Positions 28,597 to 38,728 of a stretch of 64,000 bases of DNA are shown piece after piece; the first letter of the stretch is position 1, and every line of letters starts with the position of its first letter. Source of the DNA: Myxococcota bacterium (GTDB taxonomy: Bacteria > Myxococcota_A > UBA796 > CAJQPC01); contig JAZAMN010000071.1 in the NCBI GenBank assembly GCA_036229005.1, positions 160,001 to 224,000 on the forward strand, read 5' to 3'. A program made the position numbers and the translations under genes. The notes below the pieces were generated by a model. The model worked only from the letters and a program-made list of their open reading frames with translations. It was not told the origin of the DNA and did not search any database.

Positions 28597-29859
28597 TCAG
28601 AGCGTGGTCCACACCACCACGGGCTCGCTTGCGCCGCGAAGCTGGAGCTCGCCGTGGGGCTTGAGCAGGGGCTCGTCCAGGTCGGGCAGAGCCTGCACCA
28701 CGGCGTCGGAGACCAGCACCGAGACGCCCTCCGCCTTGGTGGCGGACTCCAGGCGGCTGGCCAGGTTCACCGTCGCGCCCATCACCGTGTACTGCAGCCG
28801 GTCCGCCGACCCGATGTTGCCCGCCACGGTCCAGCCCCGGTGCACCCCGATGCCCTGCCGCAGCGGCGGGAGCCCCCGGGCCTCGCGCTCGCCGTTGTGG
28901 AGCTCCAGCGCCTCCTGCATCCCCAGCGCGCAGCGCACCGCCCGCTCGGCGTCGTCCCCCTGGGCCTCGGGCAGCCCAAAGACCACCATGATGGCGTCAC
29001 CGATGTACTTGTCCACCACCCCGCCGTGGGCGGAGATCACCTCGACCATGCGGTCCAGGTAGGCGTTCACCTCGGCCACCAGGCGCTCCGGCGACAGGGC
29101 GTCCGAGTAGGCCGTGAAGCCGCGCAGATCCGAGAACAGCACCACCACCTGCCGCCGGGCGCCGCCCAGCTCCAGGCCACCGCCCCCCTCATCGAGCACC
29201 GACTGGGCCACCGTCTCGGACACGTACACACCCAGCGCCTGCCGCGCGCGCTCCCGGTCGGTCACCGCCTGCGCCGCCTCGGTCACCAGGCGGCGGGTCC
29301 GCACGGTGATGGCGTCGCCCAGGGCCCCCGCGCCCACGAACATCGCCAGCCAGATGAACACGTCGGTGGGGCGCAGCATGGGGAAGGGCCCATTCAACGC
29401 CTGATCCAGCAGCCCCAGCCCCACCGCGGCCGCGCCGTTGAGGGCGATCGAGGTCCACACCAGCCGCCGATCCAGGCGCAGGCCGGAGACCGCCATGGCC
29501 AGGGCGTAGAAAGCCAACCCCGGCAGGTTGAACTGCCCCGGGTAGATCTCCCGCGCCCAGATCACGGTGGGCCAGAGCGCCACCGTGACCACCAGACTGT
29601 CCACCACCGTGCTGGCCCACAAGCGCCAGGGGGCCTCGCTGCGGCTGCGCAGCGTCCAGAGCGAGAAGCCGATGCCGGAGCCCAAGCCCAGGATCACCAG
29701 CCAAGGCCGCAGGTGGAAGTCCGCGATCGCGACCCGATCCGCCCAGAGGAGCTGCAGCAGCACAAAGAAAGCCGCCGCCACCCGCACCACCGCCACCGAG
29801 CGCTCACCGCGCCCGACGTTCCGCGCCAGGATGAGCTGCAGGTCGTCTGTGGTCCTCAC
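28597..29859 (-). CDS. Membrane-bound class III adenylate cyclase
   Basis: About 6 TM segments; FSDLRGFT, DKYIGDA, YTVMGATVNLASRLE (Lys/Thr ATP-specifying residues); GTG start tentative. Confidence 0.88.
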   Translation of the reverse strand: MRTTDDLQLILARNVGRGERSVAVVRVAAAFFVLLQLLWADRVAIADFHLRPWLVILGLGSGIGFSLWTLRSRSEAPWRLWASTVVDSLVVTVALWPTVIWAREIYPGQFNLPGLAFYALAMAVSGLRLDRRLVWTSIALNGAAAVGLGLLDQALNGPFPMLRPTDVFIWLAMFVGAGALGDAITVRTRRLVTEAAQAVTDRERARQALGVYVSETVAQSVLDEGGGGLELGGARRQVVVLFSDLRGFTAYSDALSPERLVAEVNAYLDRMVEVISAHGGVVDKYIGDAIMVVFGLPEAQGDDAERAVRCALGMQEALELHNGEREARGLPPLRQGIGVHRGWTVAGNIGSADRLQYTVMGATVNLASRLESATKAEGVSVLVSDAVVQALPDLDEPLLKPHGELQLRGASEPVVVWTTL

Positions 29860-29917
29860 GGCGCCGGTGTAGCACAAGCGCCTGCAGGGGTGGGCCGCGG
29901 CGGGATATGCCGGAGCC

Positions 29918-30271
29918 ATGCCGACCCGCTTCCACCTGCGCTGCGCCACCCGCTTCCTCGCTCCTCTGGAGCAGGTGCGGGATCTCACCAACCCCGAGGG
30001 CCCCTGGCTGCCCGGCCTGCGCGAGGCCCTGTTCGACGACTGGCAGCACGAGCGCCACTGGGAGCAGGCCACCGACGCCGTCCGCTACGAAGACCGCATC
30101 AGCTTCACGCCAAAGGCCGGCAAGTACCTCGCGATCGCCACCGAGCGCCTGCTCCAGAGGCACCACCGGCACCTGGCCCAGCAGCTCCCCAGCGACGCCC
30201 AGGCCACCGCGGTGTCCACCTTGCGCCAGGTGTTCGAGGTGAAACAAGATCACACCACCGGCTTCATGTAG
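29918..30271 (+). CDS. Small hypothetical protein, shortened SRPBCC-like
   Basis: APLEQV..W.HER..EDRISF.P..RHHRHL resemble the ends of SRPBCC domains; GGAG RBS. Confidence 0.5.
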   Translation: MPTRFHLRCATRFLAPLEQVRDLTNPEGPWLPGLREALFDDWQHERHWEQATDAVRYEDRISFTPKAGKYLAIATERLLQRHHRHLAQQLPSDAQATAVSTLRQVFEVKQDHTTGFM

Positions 30272-30292
30272 GCCCACCTCCAGGAGATCCCC

Positions 30293-30586
30293 ATGCTGTT
30301 CCTGCTCTCTCTGCTGGCCTGCGAAGGCGAGGACACCGGCACCGACCGCGAGGCAGACATCGCCGCACTCCAGGGCGACACGGCCAACGGCGAGACCCTC
30401 TACAGCACCTGCCAGGGCTGCCACGGCGCCGCCGGCGAGGGCACCGACAGTGGCCCCGGGATCGCCGGGGAGTCCAAGGCCGAGATCATCGAGACCGTGC
30501 TCTACGGCGAGGACACCATGCCCGCCTACGAGAGCTGGGCCGACCAGGACATCGCCGACGTGACGGCCTACGTCCTCACCTTCTGA
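30293..30586 (+). CDS. Small class I cytochrome c lipoprotein
   Basis: LLAC; GETLYSTCQGCHG; distal MP; AGGAG RBS. Confidence 0.9.
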   Translation: MLFLLSLLACEGEDTGTDREADIAALQGDTANGETLYSTCQGCHGAAGEGTDSGPGIAGESKAEIIETVLYGEDTMPAYESWADQDIADVTAYVLTF

Positions 30587-30670
30587 GCCCTTCGGGGGGA
30601 CACACGCTGCTCTGAGGGACCCCGGCGCGGCCCGCCCGCGTTAAGGGGGCCGCCCGAAACGGAGCCACAG

Positions 30671-33031
30671 GTGCGCGTCCCCCTCTCCCTGCTCTCGCAG
30701 ATGGTCGATCTGCCCGAGTCCATCGACGAGCTCGCCGAGAAGATGAACGGCCGGGTCTCGGAGATCGAGCACATCCACCGCTTCCCCAGCCGCCAGGCCT
30801 TCGCCGACGTGGTCCGCGTCGAGCTGGTCCAGGTCGTCCAGGAGAGCGCCGACTACCAGCGCTGGGAGGCCACCTGCAGCACCGGGACCGTCCACATGGT
30901 CGTCGGCAAGAAGCACGGGGTCCGCGCTGGCGAGGCCTTCTGCGCCGTGCTCTCCGGCGGCAGCACCCCTCTGGGCGAGGCCGTCACCGGCCGGGACCTG
31001 GACGGGCTGGCCTCCGACGGCATGCTGCTCTCCGAGGAGTCCGCCGGCGTGGGCAGCGACTCCACGCACCCCCTGCGTCTGGCCCCCGATGTCCTCGCCG
31101 ATGCCGACCTGTGGCAGGCGTTGGGTCTGGACGACGTCGTGCTGGAGTTTGACCTGGAGCCCAACCGCTCCGACCTCTTCTCCCTCATCGGCATGGCCCG
31201 GGACGTGAGCGCCATCTACGGTGTGCCCCTGCGCGCCCCCACCCTGGCCGACGACAGCGCCTGGGGGAGCTCCGCCCTCAAGATCGACGTGAAGGCCCCC
31301 GCCTGCACCCGCTACGCCGCGCTCGAGCTTCGCGGTCTGGGCAGCGGACCGGCCCCCCAGTGGCTGCAGAACGCCGTCCGCAAGCTGGGCATGCGCCCCA
31401 TCAACGCCGTGGTCGACGCCGCCAACCTGGCCATGATGGAGCTGGGCCACCCCATGCACACCTTCGACCGGGCCACCATCGGCAGCGGCGTGATCGGCCT
31501 GCGCATGGCCGCCCCGGACGAGACCATCACCACCCTGGACGGGACCGAGCGCACCCTGACCGACGAGTGCCTGCTGGTCACCGACGGCGACCGCCCCGTG
31601 GCCCTGGCCGGCATCATGGGCGACGCCAGCTCCGAGATCGGCCCCGAGACCGACTCCGTGGTGATCGAGGCCGCCCACTTCGACATGTTCACCGTGCGCC
31701 GGGCCTCCCGCCGCCTGGCGCTGCGCACCGAGGCCTCCCTGCGCTTCGAGAAGGGCCTGGCCCCCCAGGGAGTGATGCCCGCCGTGCGCCGCCTGGTCCA
31801 GCTCCTGAGCGGGCTCTACCCCGACACCCAGGTCCTGGGCCTGGTCGACCACTGGCCCGAGCCCCCCGCCGACCACGTGATCGCCTTCGACCCCGACCTG
31901 GCCCGCAAGCGCCTGGGCATGGACGTCCCCGACGACCTGATCCGCAGCCGCTTTGCCGCCCTGGGCCACCAGGTCGGCCCCGACTGGAGCGTCACCATCC
32001 CCCCCTGGCGCCCGGATCTGCGCATCCAGGAGGACCTGAACGAAGAGGTCGGCCGCATCCACGGCTACGAGCACGTGGTCGCCGAGCTCCCCAAGGCCGA
32101 GCTGGCGCCCCCCAAGGACAACCCCGTGTTCACCCGGGGCTTCGCGGCCCGCCGCACTCTGACCGGCCTGGGCTTTGACGAGATCTACCTGGGCGTGTGG
32201 GTCAGCCAGCAGCAGGTGGAGCGCTTCGGCCTGCGCCCCGACACCCTGGTGCAGCTCAAGAACCCCCTGCACGCGCACCTGGAGTTCTTCCGCCCCAGCG
32301 CCCTGCCCGATCTCATCGAGGCCGTGCGCGAGAACCGCAAGCGCCACGACAGCTTCAAGCTCTTTGAGCTGGCCAAGGTCTACGGCCGCATCGACGGCAA
32401 GGCGCAGGACCGCAACCACCTGTGCGGAGCGGTCGCGGGTCCGGGAGAGGACAAGGCTGGGGAGCGCTTCTACGCTGCTCGGGACGCCGCTCTGGCCGCT
32501 CTGGCCGCCCTGGGCTTGTCGGCATCCGTTGGCATCGGCGAGGTCCCCAAGTGGGCGCTCGCCCACTGCTTCCACCCCGGCCGCCAGGCCGTGATCACGG
32601 TGGCCGGACACCCCCTGGGCTTTGTCGGCGAGCTGCACCCGGGGCTGGTGCGTGACCTGGGCCTGGACGAGGCCTTCTCGGCCTTCTTCATCGACTTCCA
32701 GGGCCTGCTGGACCTGCCCGCGGAGCGCACCCGCTTTGTGCCCCCGGCCCGCTTCCCCGGCATCGAGGTGCACGCCAACGTGCTGGCCCCCGAGCGCCTG
32801 CTGGCGGCCGAGCTGCTGGCCACCGTGCGCGCCGCTGGGCTGGAGCGCCTGGAGCACGCGGACATCCGCGATGTGTACGCCGGCAAGGGGGTGCCCGACG
32901 GGCACAAGCGCGTGACCCTGGAGCTGGCCTTCCAGCACCCCGATCGCAGCCTGCGCAGCGAAGAAGTGGACGCCTGGGTCCAGACCCTCAAGTCCCACCT
33001 GGCCACCAAGGAGCTGAACCTGGAGGTCTGA
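30671..33031 (+). CDS. pheT: Phenylalanine--tRNA ligase beta subunit
   Basis: PNRSDL, RPINAVVDAAN..ELGHPMHTFD, TEASLRFEKG, PPWRPDL..EDLNEEVGRIHGY, C-terminal FDX-ACB DVYAGKGVP. Confidence 0.96.
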   Translation: MRVPLSLLSQMVDLPESIDELAEKMNGRVSEIEHIHRFPSRQAFADVVRVELVQVVQESADYQRWEATCSTGTVHMVVGKKHGVRAGEAFCAVLSGGSTPLGEAVTGRDLDGLASDGMLLSEESAGVGSDSTHPLRLAPDVLADADLWQALGLDDVVLEFDLEPNRSDLFSLIGMARDVSAIYGVPLRAPTLADDSAWGSSALKIDVKAPACTRYAALELRGLGSGPAPQWLQNAVRKLGMRPINAVVDAANLAMMELGHPMHTFDRATIGSGVIGLRMAAPDETITTLDGTERTLTDECLLVTDGDRPVALAGIMGDASSEIGPETDSVVIEAAHFDMFTVRRASRRLALRTEASLRFEKGLAPQGVMPAVRRLVQLLSGLYPDTQVLGLVDHWPEPPADHVIAFDPDLARKRLGMDVPDDLIRSRFAALGHQVGPDWSVTIPPWRPDLRIQEDLNEEVGRIHGYEHVVAELPKAELAPPKDNPVFTRGFAARRTLTGLGFDEIYLGVWVSQQQVERFGLRPDTLVQLKNPLHAHLEFFRPSALPDLIEAVRENRKRHDSFKLFELAKVYGRIDGKAQDRNHLCGAVAGPGEDKAGERFYAARDAALAALAALGLSASVGIGEVPKWALAHCFHPGRQAVITVAGHPLGFVGELHPGLVRDLGLDEAFSAFFIDFQGLLDLPAERTRFVPPARFPGIEVHANVLAPERLLAAELLATVRAAGLERLEHADIRDVYAGKGVPDGHKRVTLELAFQHPDRSLRSEEVDAWVQTLKSHLATKELNLEV

Positions 33032-33058
33032 TCGCCCGGTCCAAGCCGCCGAATCGGT

Positions 33059-33100
33059 CAAGCTCCCGCCCCGGATTCCGATGACCGGTCCGGGAGCTTG
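33059..33100. terminator. Inverted repeat after pheT, overlapping the next TTG start
   Basis: CAAGCTCCCG...CGGGAGCTTG. Confidence 0.4.
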
Positions 33101-35413
33101 AGTTTCTTGAAGCGTCGTCGTGTACAGACCCTGATGACCCTGACCGTCTTTGTCCTGCTGGGGCTGGGGCTGGGGCTGAACCTGGTGCGCGAGCAGCGCT
33201 CGGCGCAGCAGGACACCGAAGAGGTCATGACCGGGCTGCTCCAGACCACCGTCGCGGGTCTGGACAACTGGCAGGAGCGCGAGACGGACCTGGCGCGGGT
33301 GATGGCGGGCCGCCCAGAGGTGGTGGCCGTGGCCCAGGCGCTGCTGGAGACAGCACCCGGTGACCTCGTCGGGGCCCAGGCGCAGACAGAGGCGCGGGCG
33401 ATCTTCGATCAAGGGCGGTTGACCCAGGCGCACCAGGGCTTCTTCCTGGTCTCTCCCCAAGGCCTGAACCTTGCGAGCTCCCGAGATGAGAACGTGGGGG
33501 CCACCAACCTGCTGGTGACCACCCAGACCCTCAAGCGCGCCCTGGCGGGGCAGGCGGGGATGTCTCCGCTGCTGGCCTCGGACGTGCCCATCGAGCGCCA
33601 GGGCACCGTCCAGGCCAACGCCCCGACGCTGTTCTCCGCGGCCCCGGTCCTGGACGCCCAGGGGCAGGCCATCGCCGTGCTGTTGCTGCGCATCGACCCC
33701 ACCCTCACCCTGGAGCCGGTGCTGCGGGCGGCGCGGCTGGGCGAGACCGGAGATGTCTACGCGGTCAACCGCCAGGGCATGCTGATGACCAGCTCGGCCT
33801 TCCCCAAGCAGCTCCTGCAGCTCGGGCTGGTGGAGGAACTCCACACCGAGGCCGGCCACCTGGAGCTGCGCACGCCCAAGGGCCCGCTGACGCGGTCCGC
33901 ACACAGCCTGATCACGGGGAACAGCGGCGGGAGCGGGCAGGCCTATGCGGACTACCGCGGGGTCCCGGTCATCGGGGCGTGGCAGTGGTACGCGCCCCTG
34001 GACGTGGGCATCATCGTGGAGCAGGACGCCGCGGAGGCCTACGCAGCCCACACCCGCCACCAGCGCATCAGCATGATCGCGGCCTTGGGCGGCATCCTGC
34101 TGGTGGGCGCCCTGATGGTGGCCTGGCACAGCGGGCAGGCGGATCTGGACTCCCTGAACGCTTCGCTGGAAGAGCGGGTGGCCCAGCGCACCCTGGAGCT
34201 GCTGCACGCCAACCGCACCAAGAGCGAGTTCCTGGCGCGGGTCAGCCACGACATCCGCACGCCCATGAACGCGGTGATCGGGCTGCTGGACCTGGCCCAG
34301 GACCCCAGCACCCTGGACCAGGAGCGGGACGACTTCCTGCGGCGGGCCGAGGGCTCCGCGCAGCTCCTGCTGGGGCTGCTCAACGACGTGCTGGACCTCT
34401 CCCGCCTGCAGGACGGCAAGCTGCCGCTGGTGAACGAGAGCTTCCCCCTGGAGGAGGTCCTGACGCCGCTGCGCGACCTGGTGTTCGCCAAGCGGGCCTA
34501 CAGCGTTGACTTTGTGATGGAGCTGGACGCCGAGGTCCCCCAGACCGTGCTGGGCGACCGCCTCCGGCTGGCCCAGGCGCTGTCCAACCTGGTCGGGAAC
34601 GCCGCCAAGTTCACCCCAGAGGGCAGCATCACCCTGAGCGTGCGCCGCGAGCCCGACGACATGCTGCGCTTCGAGGTCCGCGACACCGGCGCCGGCATCG
34701 ACCCCGCCCAGGTCGAAGACTTGATGGACGCCTTCACCCAGGCCTCCGCGCAGGTCGCCCACAGCCACGGCGGCAGCGGGCTGGGCCTGGCCATCTGCAA
34801 GGGCCTGGCCGAGAGCATGGGCGGCGACCTGAGCATGGACGGCGCGCTCGGCGTCGGGACCACCGCCACGCTGCGGGTGAAGCTCCCCAAGGGACGCCCG
34901 GTGTCCCAGGACGGCCCGGGCGCGGACCTGCCCAGCCTGGAGGGCATGCACATCCTGGTGGTGGACGACAACCAGGTCAACCGCATCGTCGCCCGCGGCA
35001 TGCTGGAGCGCTCCGGCGCTCAGGTCAGCGAGGCGGTCAACGGCGAGCAGGCGCTGGAGCGCATGGCCGAGGCGCTGCCCGACCTGGTGCTCATGGACCT
35101 GCAGATGCCCGTCATGGACGGCATCGAGGCCACCTCGCACGCCCGCGCCCAGGGGATCGACATCCCCATCCTGGCCATGAGCGCCGCGGCGATGGCCCAG
35201 GACCGGGCGCGCTCAGCGGCCGCCGGGATGAACGGACACCTGCCCAAGCCGGTGGCCCGGGAGGTGCTGATCCGCACGGTGTGCCGCTTCGTCGAGCTCT
35301 CCCGGGGGCACGACTGCACCCAGGAGGGCGACGCTCAGGGAGAGGGCTGCGCGCTCAAGAGCACCTGCGCGGCGGACTGCAGCCGGGGGTCGTCGGAGGC
35401 CAAGGCGTCCTGA
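33098..35413 (+). CDS. Membrane hybrid sensor histidine kinase (periplasmic Cache-like domain, HisKA, HATPase, REC)
   Basis: Two TM segments; [46 protein letters not shown]. Confidence 0.93.
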   Translation: MSFLKRRRVQTLMTLTVFVLLGLGLGLNLVREQRSAQQDTEEVMTGLLQTTVAGLDNWQERETDLARVMAGRPEVVAVAQALLETAPGDLVGAQAQTEARAIFDQGRLTQAHQGFFLVSPQGLNLASSRDENVGATNLLVTTQTLKRALAGQAGMSPLLASDVPIERQGTVQANAPTLFSAAPVLDAQGQAIAVLLLRIDPTLTLEPVLRAARLGETGDVYAVNRQGMLMTSSAFPKQLLQLGLVEELHTEAGHLELRTPKGPLTRSAHSLITGNSGGSGQAYADYRGVPVIGAWQWYAPLDVGIIVEQDAAEAYAAHTRHQRISMIAALGGILLVGALMVAWHSGQADLDSLNASLEERVAQRTLELLHANRTKSEFLARVSHDIRTPMNAVIGLLDLAQDPSTLDQERDDFLRRAEGSAQLLLGLLNDVLDLSRLQDGKLPLVNESFPLEEVLTPLRDLVFAKRAYSVDFVMELDAEVPQTVLGDRLRLAQALSNLVGNAAKFTPEGSITLSVRREPDDMLRFEVRDTGAGIDPAQVEDLMDAFTQASAQVAHSHGGSGLGLAICKGLAESMGGDLSMDGALGVGTTATLRVKLPKGRPVSQDGPGADLPSLEGMHILVVDDNQVNRIVARGMLERSGAQVSEAVNGEQALERMAEALPDLVLMDLQMPVMDGIEATSHARAQGIDIPILAMSAAAMAQDRARSAAAGMNGHLPKPVAREVLIRTVCRFVELSRGHDCTQEGDAQGEGCALKSTCAADCSRGSSEAKAS

Positions 35414-35859
35414 GCGACCTGGAGCTGCGCCTCTGAGAGCTCACGGCCCACCACACAGCGCAGACCGGCGGCCTGGAGCTTGGGGTGGATGTCGGCCTGG
35501 GCGCGGGCCAGACAGAACTCGGTGGACGCGGGGTAGCTGGCCAGCAGCAGGGTGGCGCGCTCGGCCTCGACCATGCCCGGGTGGAACTCCGCGACGTACT
35601 GCAAGATGGCCTGCCCGTCGCCGTGGGAATCGATCACCTCGCGGGGGGGGAGATCGTCGACGTGCCGCGCTGCGAGCAGCGCGAGGACAGCCTCGGTGCC
35701 AGAGGGTGCATCCGGGGTGTCCGCAGCAGCCTCCCGCTGGCTCTCCACCTGAGGCGGCTTGGAGGGGAGCGCTTCGATGGCCTGGGCGGTGGCCCCGGCG
35801 GCGAGGCCAGCTTCAACGGGGGCCTGCTCGGCGCAGGCGAGGGCAAGCAGCAGCAACAT
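35335..35859 (-). CDS. HEAT-like repeat lipoprotein (paralog of upstream gene)
   Basis: MLLLLALAC; ALLAARHVDDLPPREVIDSH; TGATG coupling. Confidence 0.75.
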   Translation of the reverse strand: MLLLLALACAEQAPVEAGLAAGATAQAIEALPSKPPQVESQREAAADTPDAPSGTEAVLALLAARHVDDLPPREVIDSHGDGQAILQYVAEFHPGMVEAERATLLLASYPASTEFCLARAQADIHPKLQAAGLRCVVGRELSEAQLQVAQDALASDDPRLQSAAQVLLSAQPSP

Positions 35860-36473
35860 CAGGACTCCAGCAGCTCGTGGATACGGGTTTGGGTCTGGGG
35901 GTGCACCTTCTCACTGGCGGCGGCCTCCTCCAAGCGCTTCCGGGAGGCGGGCACGTCGGCCAGCACCTCGGCGGCGGCGATCCCCACGCGGGGGTCTTCG
36001 TCGGCCAGGGCGTCCTCCAGGGCCTCGCGCATGGACTCGGAGGCAGCCACATCCTGACCCGCCAGGCAGCGGGCGGCGGCGGCGCGCACCTTGGGCTCGT
36101 TGTCCTCCAGCATCTTGCGGCAGAACACGCCGATGTGGGACTCGGGGTAGAGCGCCAGCAGCAGCAGCGCGCGCTCCCGGACCACCAGCTGGGGGTCCTT
36201 CACGGCCAGATCGGCCAGCTTCTGGGCGGCGTCGGGGTGCGTGTCCAGGGCCTCGCGGGTGGGCAGATCCTGGACGTCGTGGGCCAGCAGCAGCGCGCGG
36301 ACGGCGTCGCTCTCGGCGGAGAGGGCCCCCTCGGCACCCAGCGAGGGCGCGTCCTGGGGAGGAGCGGCATCTGCGGGACGCGACGGCAGAGACTCCACCG
36401 CCTGGGCCTCTGCGGCGACCTGGGGCTCCGGACTCGACGTGGTGGCGCAAGCGAGGACAAAGAGCAGCGTCAT
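35859..36473 (-). CDS. HEAT-repeat lipoprotein
   Basis: MTLLFVLAC; DPQLVVRERA, NEPKVRAAAA, DEDPRVGIAAA. Confidence 0.82.
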   Translation of the reverse strand: MTLLFVLACATTSSPEPQVAAEAQAVESLPSRPADAAPPQDAPSLGAEGALSAESDAVRALLLAHDVQDLPTREALDTHPDAAQKLADLAVKDPQLVVRERALLLLALYPESHIGVFCRKMLEDNEPKVRAAAARCLAGQDVAASESMREALEDALADEDPRVGIAAAEVLADVPASRKRLEEAAASEKVHPQTQTRIHELLES

Positions 36474-36480
36474 GGCGACC

Positions 36481-37629
36481 TCAGCGGGTGATGGGCGAGC
36501 GGGAGAGGACCATGGCCTGCGAGTCGGTCACCTGGTCCTGTGCGAAGGAACCCGCGACCCAGAACATGAAGTTCGCGCCGTCATAGTCCGCGCACTCTTC
36601 GGCCGTGAAGTAGCCGTCGCCGTCGTCCGCGCTGGCCGGGCAGTTGGGGGTGTCGTCCAGCGACTCGGTGCGGCTGCCGTCGGACTCCGTGGTGTGGAAG
36701 AGCCCCATCTGGTGGCCGACCTCGTGGGCCATGGTCTCGCCCATGGTCTGGGTGTCCAGGCTGTTGCCCCAGTAGTGGCCGTCCACCGCGACGATCACGC
36801 CCGCTCCGTCCATGCCGTGCAGGCCCACGGGGCCGGGGATGCCGGCGGCCTCGCCCAGGGTGCCGGACTCGTCGGAGTAGTCCTGGATGATGAAGAGGTT
36901 CATGGCCTGGGAGCTGCCGTCGATGGCCAGGCTGCGCAGGGCGTTGGAGTCGTCGTAGGCGATGAAGCCGCTGCCGTCCGTGGTGTACAGGGTCACGTCG
37001 CCCACCGCCGGGCCGCCCCCGTTCGCCCAGACCTCGTCCATGCGCTCCAGGGCATCGTCGAGGTCCTCCTGGTAGAGCTCGGTGTCGCCGACGACCACGA
37101 TGTTGAGGTCCACCTGACCCTGACCGGGGTCGAAGCGGCGGGAGACCACGTGCAGGGTCGCGGCGCCCTCCTCGAAGGCGGCGGGCTGCAGGACCAGGCA
37201 GGAGCCGTCGGGGGTGGTGTCCGGGGTGATGGGCAGCACAACCGTGCCGCCGAGCACGCCCCAGTGGTAGTAGGGCGCCGACCACCAGCCGCCGGGGCTC
37301 TCATCGGCCAGGCCCACGTCGATGAAGGCCTCCCCGTCCAGGGCCACCAGGCCGAAGCCCGTCTCCACGCCGGTCATCTCGACCGTCGCGGCCACGGAGC
37401 TGGTGTCCGACGGCAGGGCGATGGTGACGGACTCACCGCGGGAGACGCCCACCGAGTTGTCCCAGACCAGATCCATGTCGAAGGACTGGACCGAGAAGGC
37501 GCCTTCCTCCCCCAGGACGATGGCGTCGTCGCCACACTCGGGGATCTCGGTGCCTGCGGTATCGCCGAGGGCGCCGACACATCCGAGGGTGAACAAGGCA
37601 AGGAGCAAGCCGGTGTGGTGCAGTCGCAA
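36481..37629 (-). CDS. Metzincin zinc metalloprotease lipoprotein (M43/pappalysin-like)
   Basis: HEVGHQMGLFH, DDTP, Met-turn NFM; TTG start with GGAGG RBS; FTLGC lipobox. Confidence 0.85.
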   Translation of the reverse strand: MRLHHTGLLLALFTLGCVGALGDTAGTEIPECGDDAIVLGEEGAFSVQSFDMDLVWDNSVGVSRGESVTIALPSDTSSVAATVEMTGVETGFGLVALDGEAFIDVGLADESPGGWWSAPYYHWGVLGGTVVLPITPDTTPDGSCLVLQPAAFEEGAATLHVVSRRFDPGQGQVDLNIVVVGDTELYQEDLDDALERMDEVWANGGGPAVGDVTLYTTDGSGFIAYDDSNALRSLAIDGSSQAMNLFIIQDYSDESGTLGEAAGIPGPVGLHGMDGAGVIVAVDGHYWGNSLDTQTMGETMAHEVGHQMGLFHTTESDGSRTESLDDTPNCPASADDGDGYFTAEECADYDGANFMFWVAGSFAQDQVTDSQAMVLSRSPITR

Positions 37630-37756
37630 GGGGGGCCTCCAGTGGGGAGGAAGGTAGCACTGGAGGGGGGTGGGTGGGGTTGCGGAGTTCTGAAGGGGAG
37701 GGGGACTCCGGACATGGCTGGTGGATAGGGGTGTCGGCCCGACCGAGCCCTGGATC

Positions 37757-37860
37757 CGGCGGGCGGGTGGCTTGGAGGGCGGCGTCTCGGGTCCGGCTCG
37801 TGGGGAGACCAGGTCTCGGGATCGGCGAGCGGGTGGCGTGGCGGGCGGTGTCCCGGGTCC
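37757..37860. repeat. ~66-bp G-rich tandem unit, first block (~1.6 copies)
   Basis: cggcgRgcgRgtggcKtggMgggcgg..cgggtcc at 37757 and 37823. Confidence 0.8.
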
Positions 37861-38237
37861 CAACGTCGCCTGTCTCTTTGGTAGGGGGCTCCGCCCCCTA
37901 CGGCAGCAAGCTGCCTGACCCCCAGGGGGGCCCCCTACAACCCCCACGGAGGCTGCGCCTCCATGGGGGCTTTCGCCGAGCCCTTCACCCGGCAAGCCGG
38001 GCTTGGTCCGCGCCGGCCCCCCAGTTGCAAAACGCGACTCGGACTGTCGCAGAACGGAGTTCTGCGGTCCGGTCTCGTTTGTGCAAGTCCCCCCCGGCGT
38101 CGGGTCGCGGAGCGACCTGCACTGACGTACCCGTTTTCCACGGGGCCTAGGGCCCCCTCTCCCCTGCGGGTCGGGAAAACGGGCACGCAATGCAGCCCTT
38201 CGGGCCGACACCCTCCATGGGTCTCGGTGGCTGGGGG
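37861..38237. repeat. Structured repeat family A, copy 1
   Basis: Near-identical to 38729-39032 apart from a ~75-bp hairpin insertion; begins with the palindrome GTAGGGGGCTCCGCCCCCTAC. Confidence 0.85.
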
Positions 38238-38293
38238 CGGACGGGCAGCAACCTGGTCTGCAGACTCTGGTCTGTGGCACGGCCACGGGGTGT

Positions 38294-38537
38294 GAGTGAG
38301 CGGAGGGGGGCGGCTACGGGGTCTGAATGAGCGACTTCTTGAGGCTACGCCCCACCAGTGATCGATTTGGCCACCGAAACGGGCCCAGAGAGGCGATCTT
38401 GGGGCCGTTTGGGCGGGTTGGAGGCAAGATCAGGGGCAGATCGGTGGCTTGAGCGCTCACTGAGCCGCCGTAGCCTCAGCGAAGCGCTCACTCGCCCCAG
38501 GTGGCCTCGGTGGGTCGCTCATTGAGGGCCGGTAGCC
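38294..38537. repeat. Nested inverted-repeat element C (MITE/REPIN-like)
   Basis: TGAGCGACTTCTTGAGGCTACG (38328-49) pairs with CGTAGCCTCAGCGAAGCGCTCA (38469-90); inner pairs CAGTGA/TCACTG and GCCACCGA/TCGGTGGC. Confidence 0.65.
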
Positions 38538-38557
38538 CTGGAGAGGAGGTGTGGGGC

Positions 38558-38728
38558 TTGCGGGCGGGTGGCTTGGTGGGCGGCCTCCCGGGTCCGACTT
38601 GTGGGGAGAGTTGTGTCATGGGTTCGGCGAGCGAGTGGCGTGGCGGACGGCTTCCCGGGTCCGGCTCGTGAGGAGAGGAGGTCTCGGGATCGGCGGGCGG
38701 GCGGCGTGGCGGGCGGCGTCCCGGGTCC
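38558..38728. repeat. ~66-bp G-rich tandem unit, second block (~2.6 copies)
   Basis: Units start at ~38558, 38625 and 38691. Confidence 0.8.

Noticed and set aside
30641..35140. 1499-aa minus-strand ORF (and similar long ORFs 41507..44857, 19713..22433, 10021..12315, 48526..50469)
   Set aside because: Antisense shadows of real high-GC3 genes; no motifs of their own.
35335..35413. 79-bp convergent overlap between the histidine kinase and the HEAT lipoprotein
   Set aside because: The kinase tail past the receiver domain looks like non-conserved run-on, which is common in high-GC genomes.
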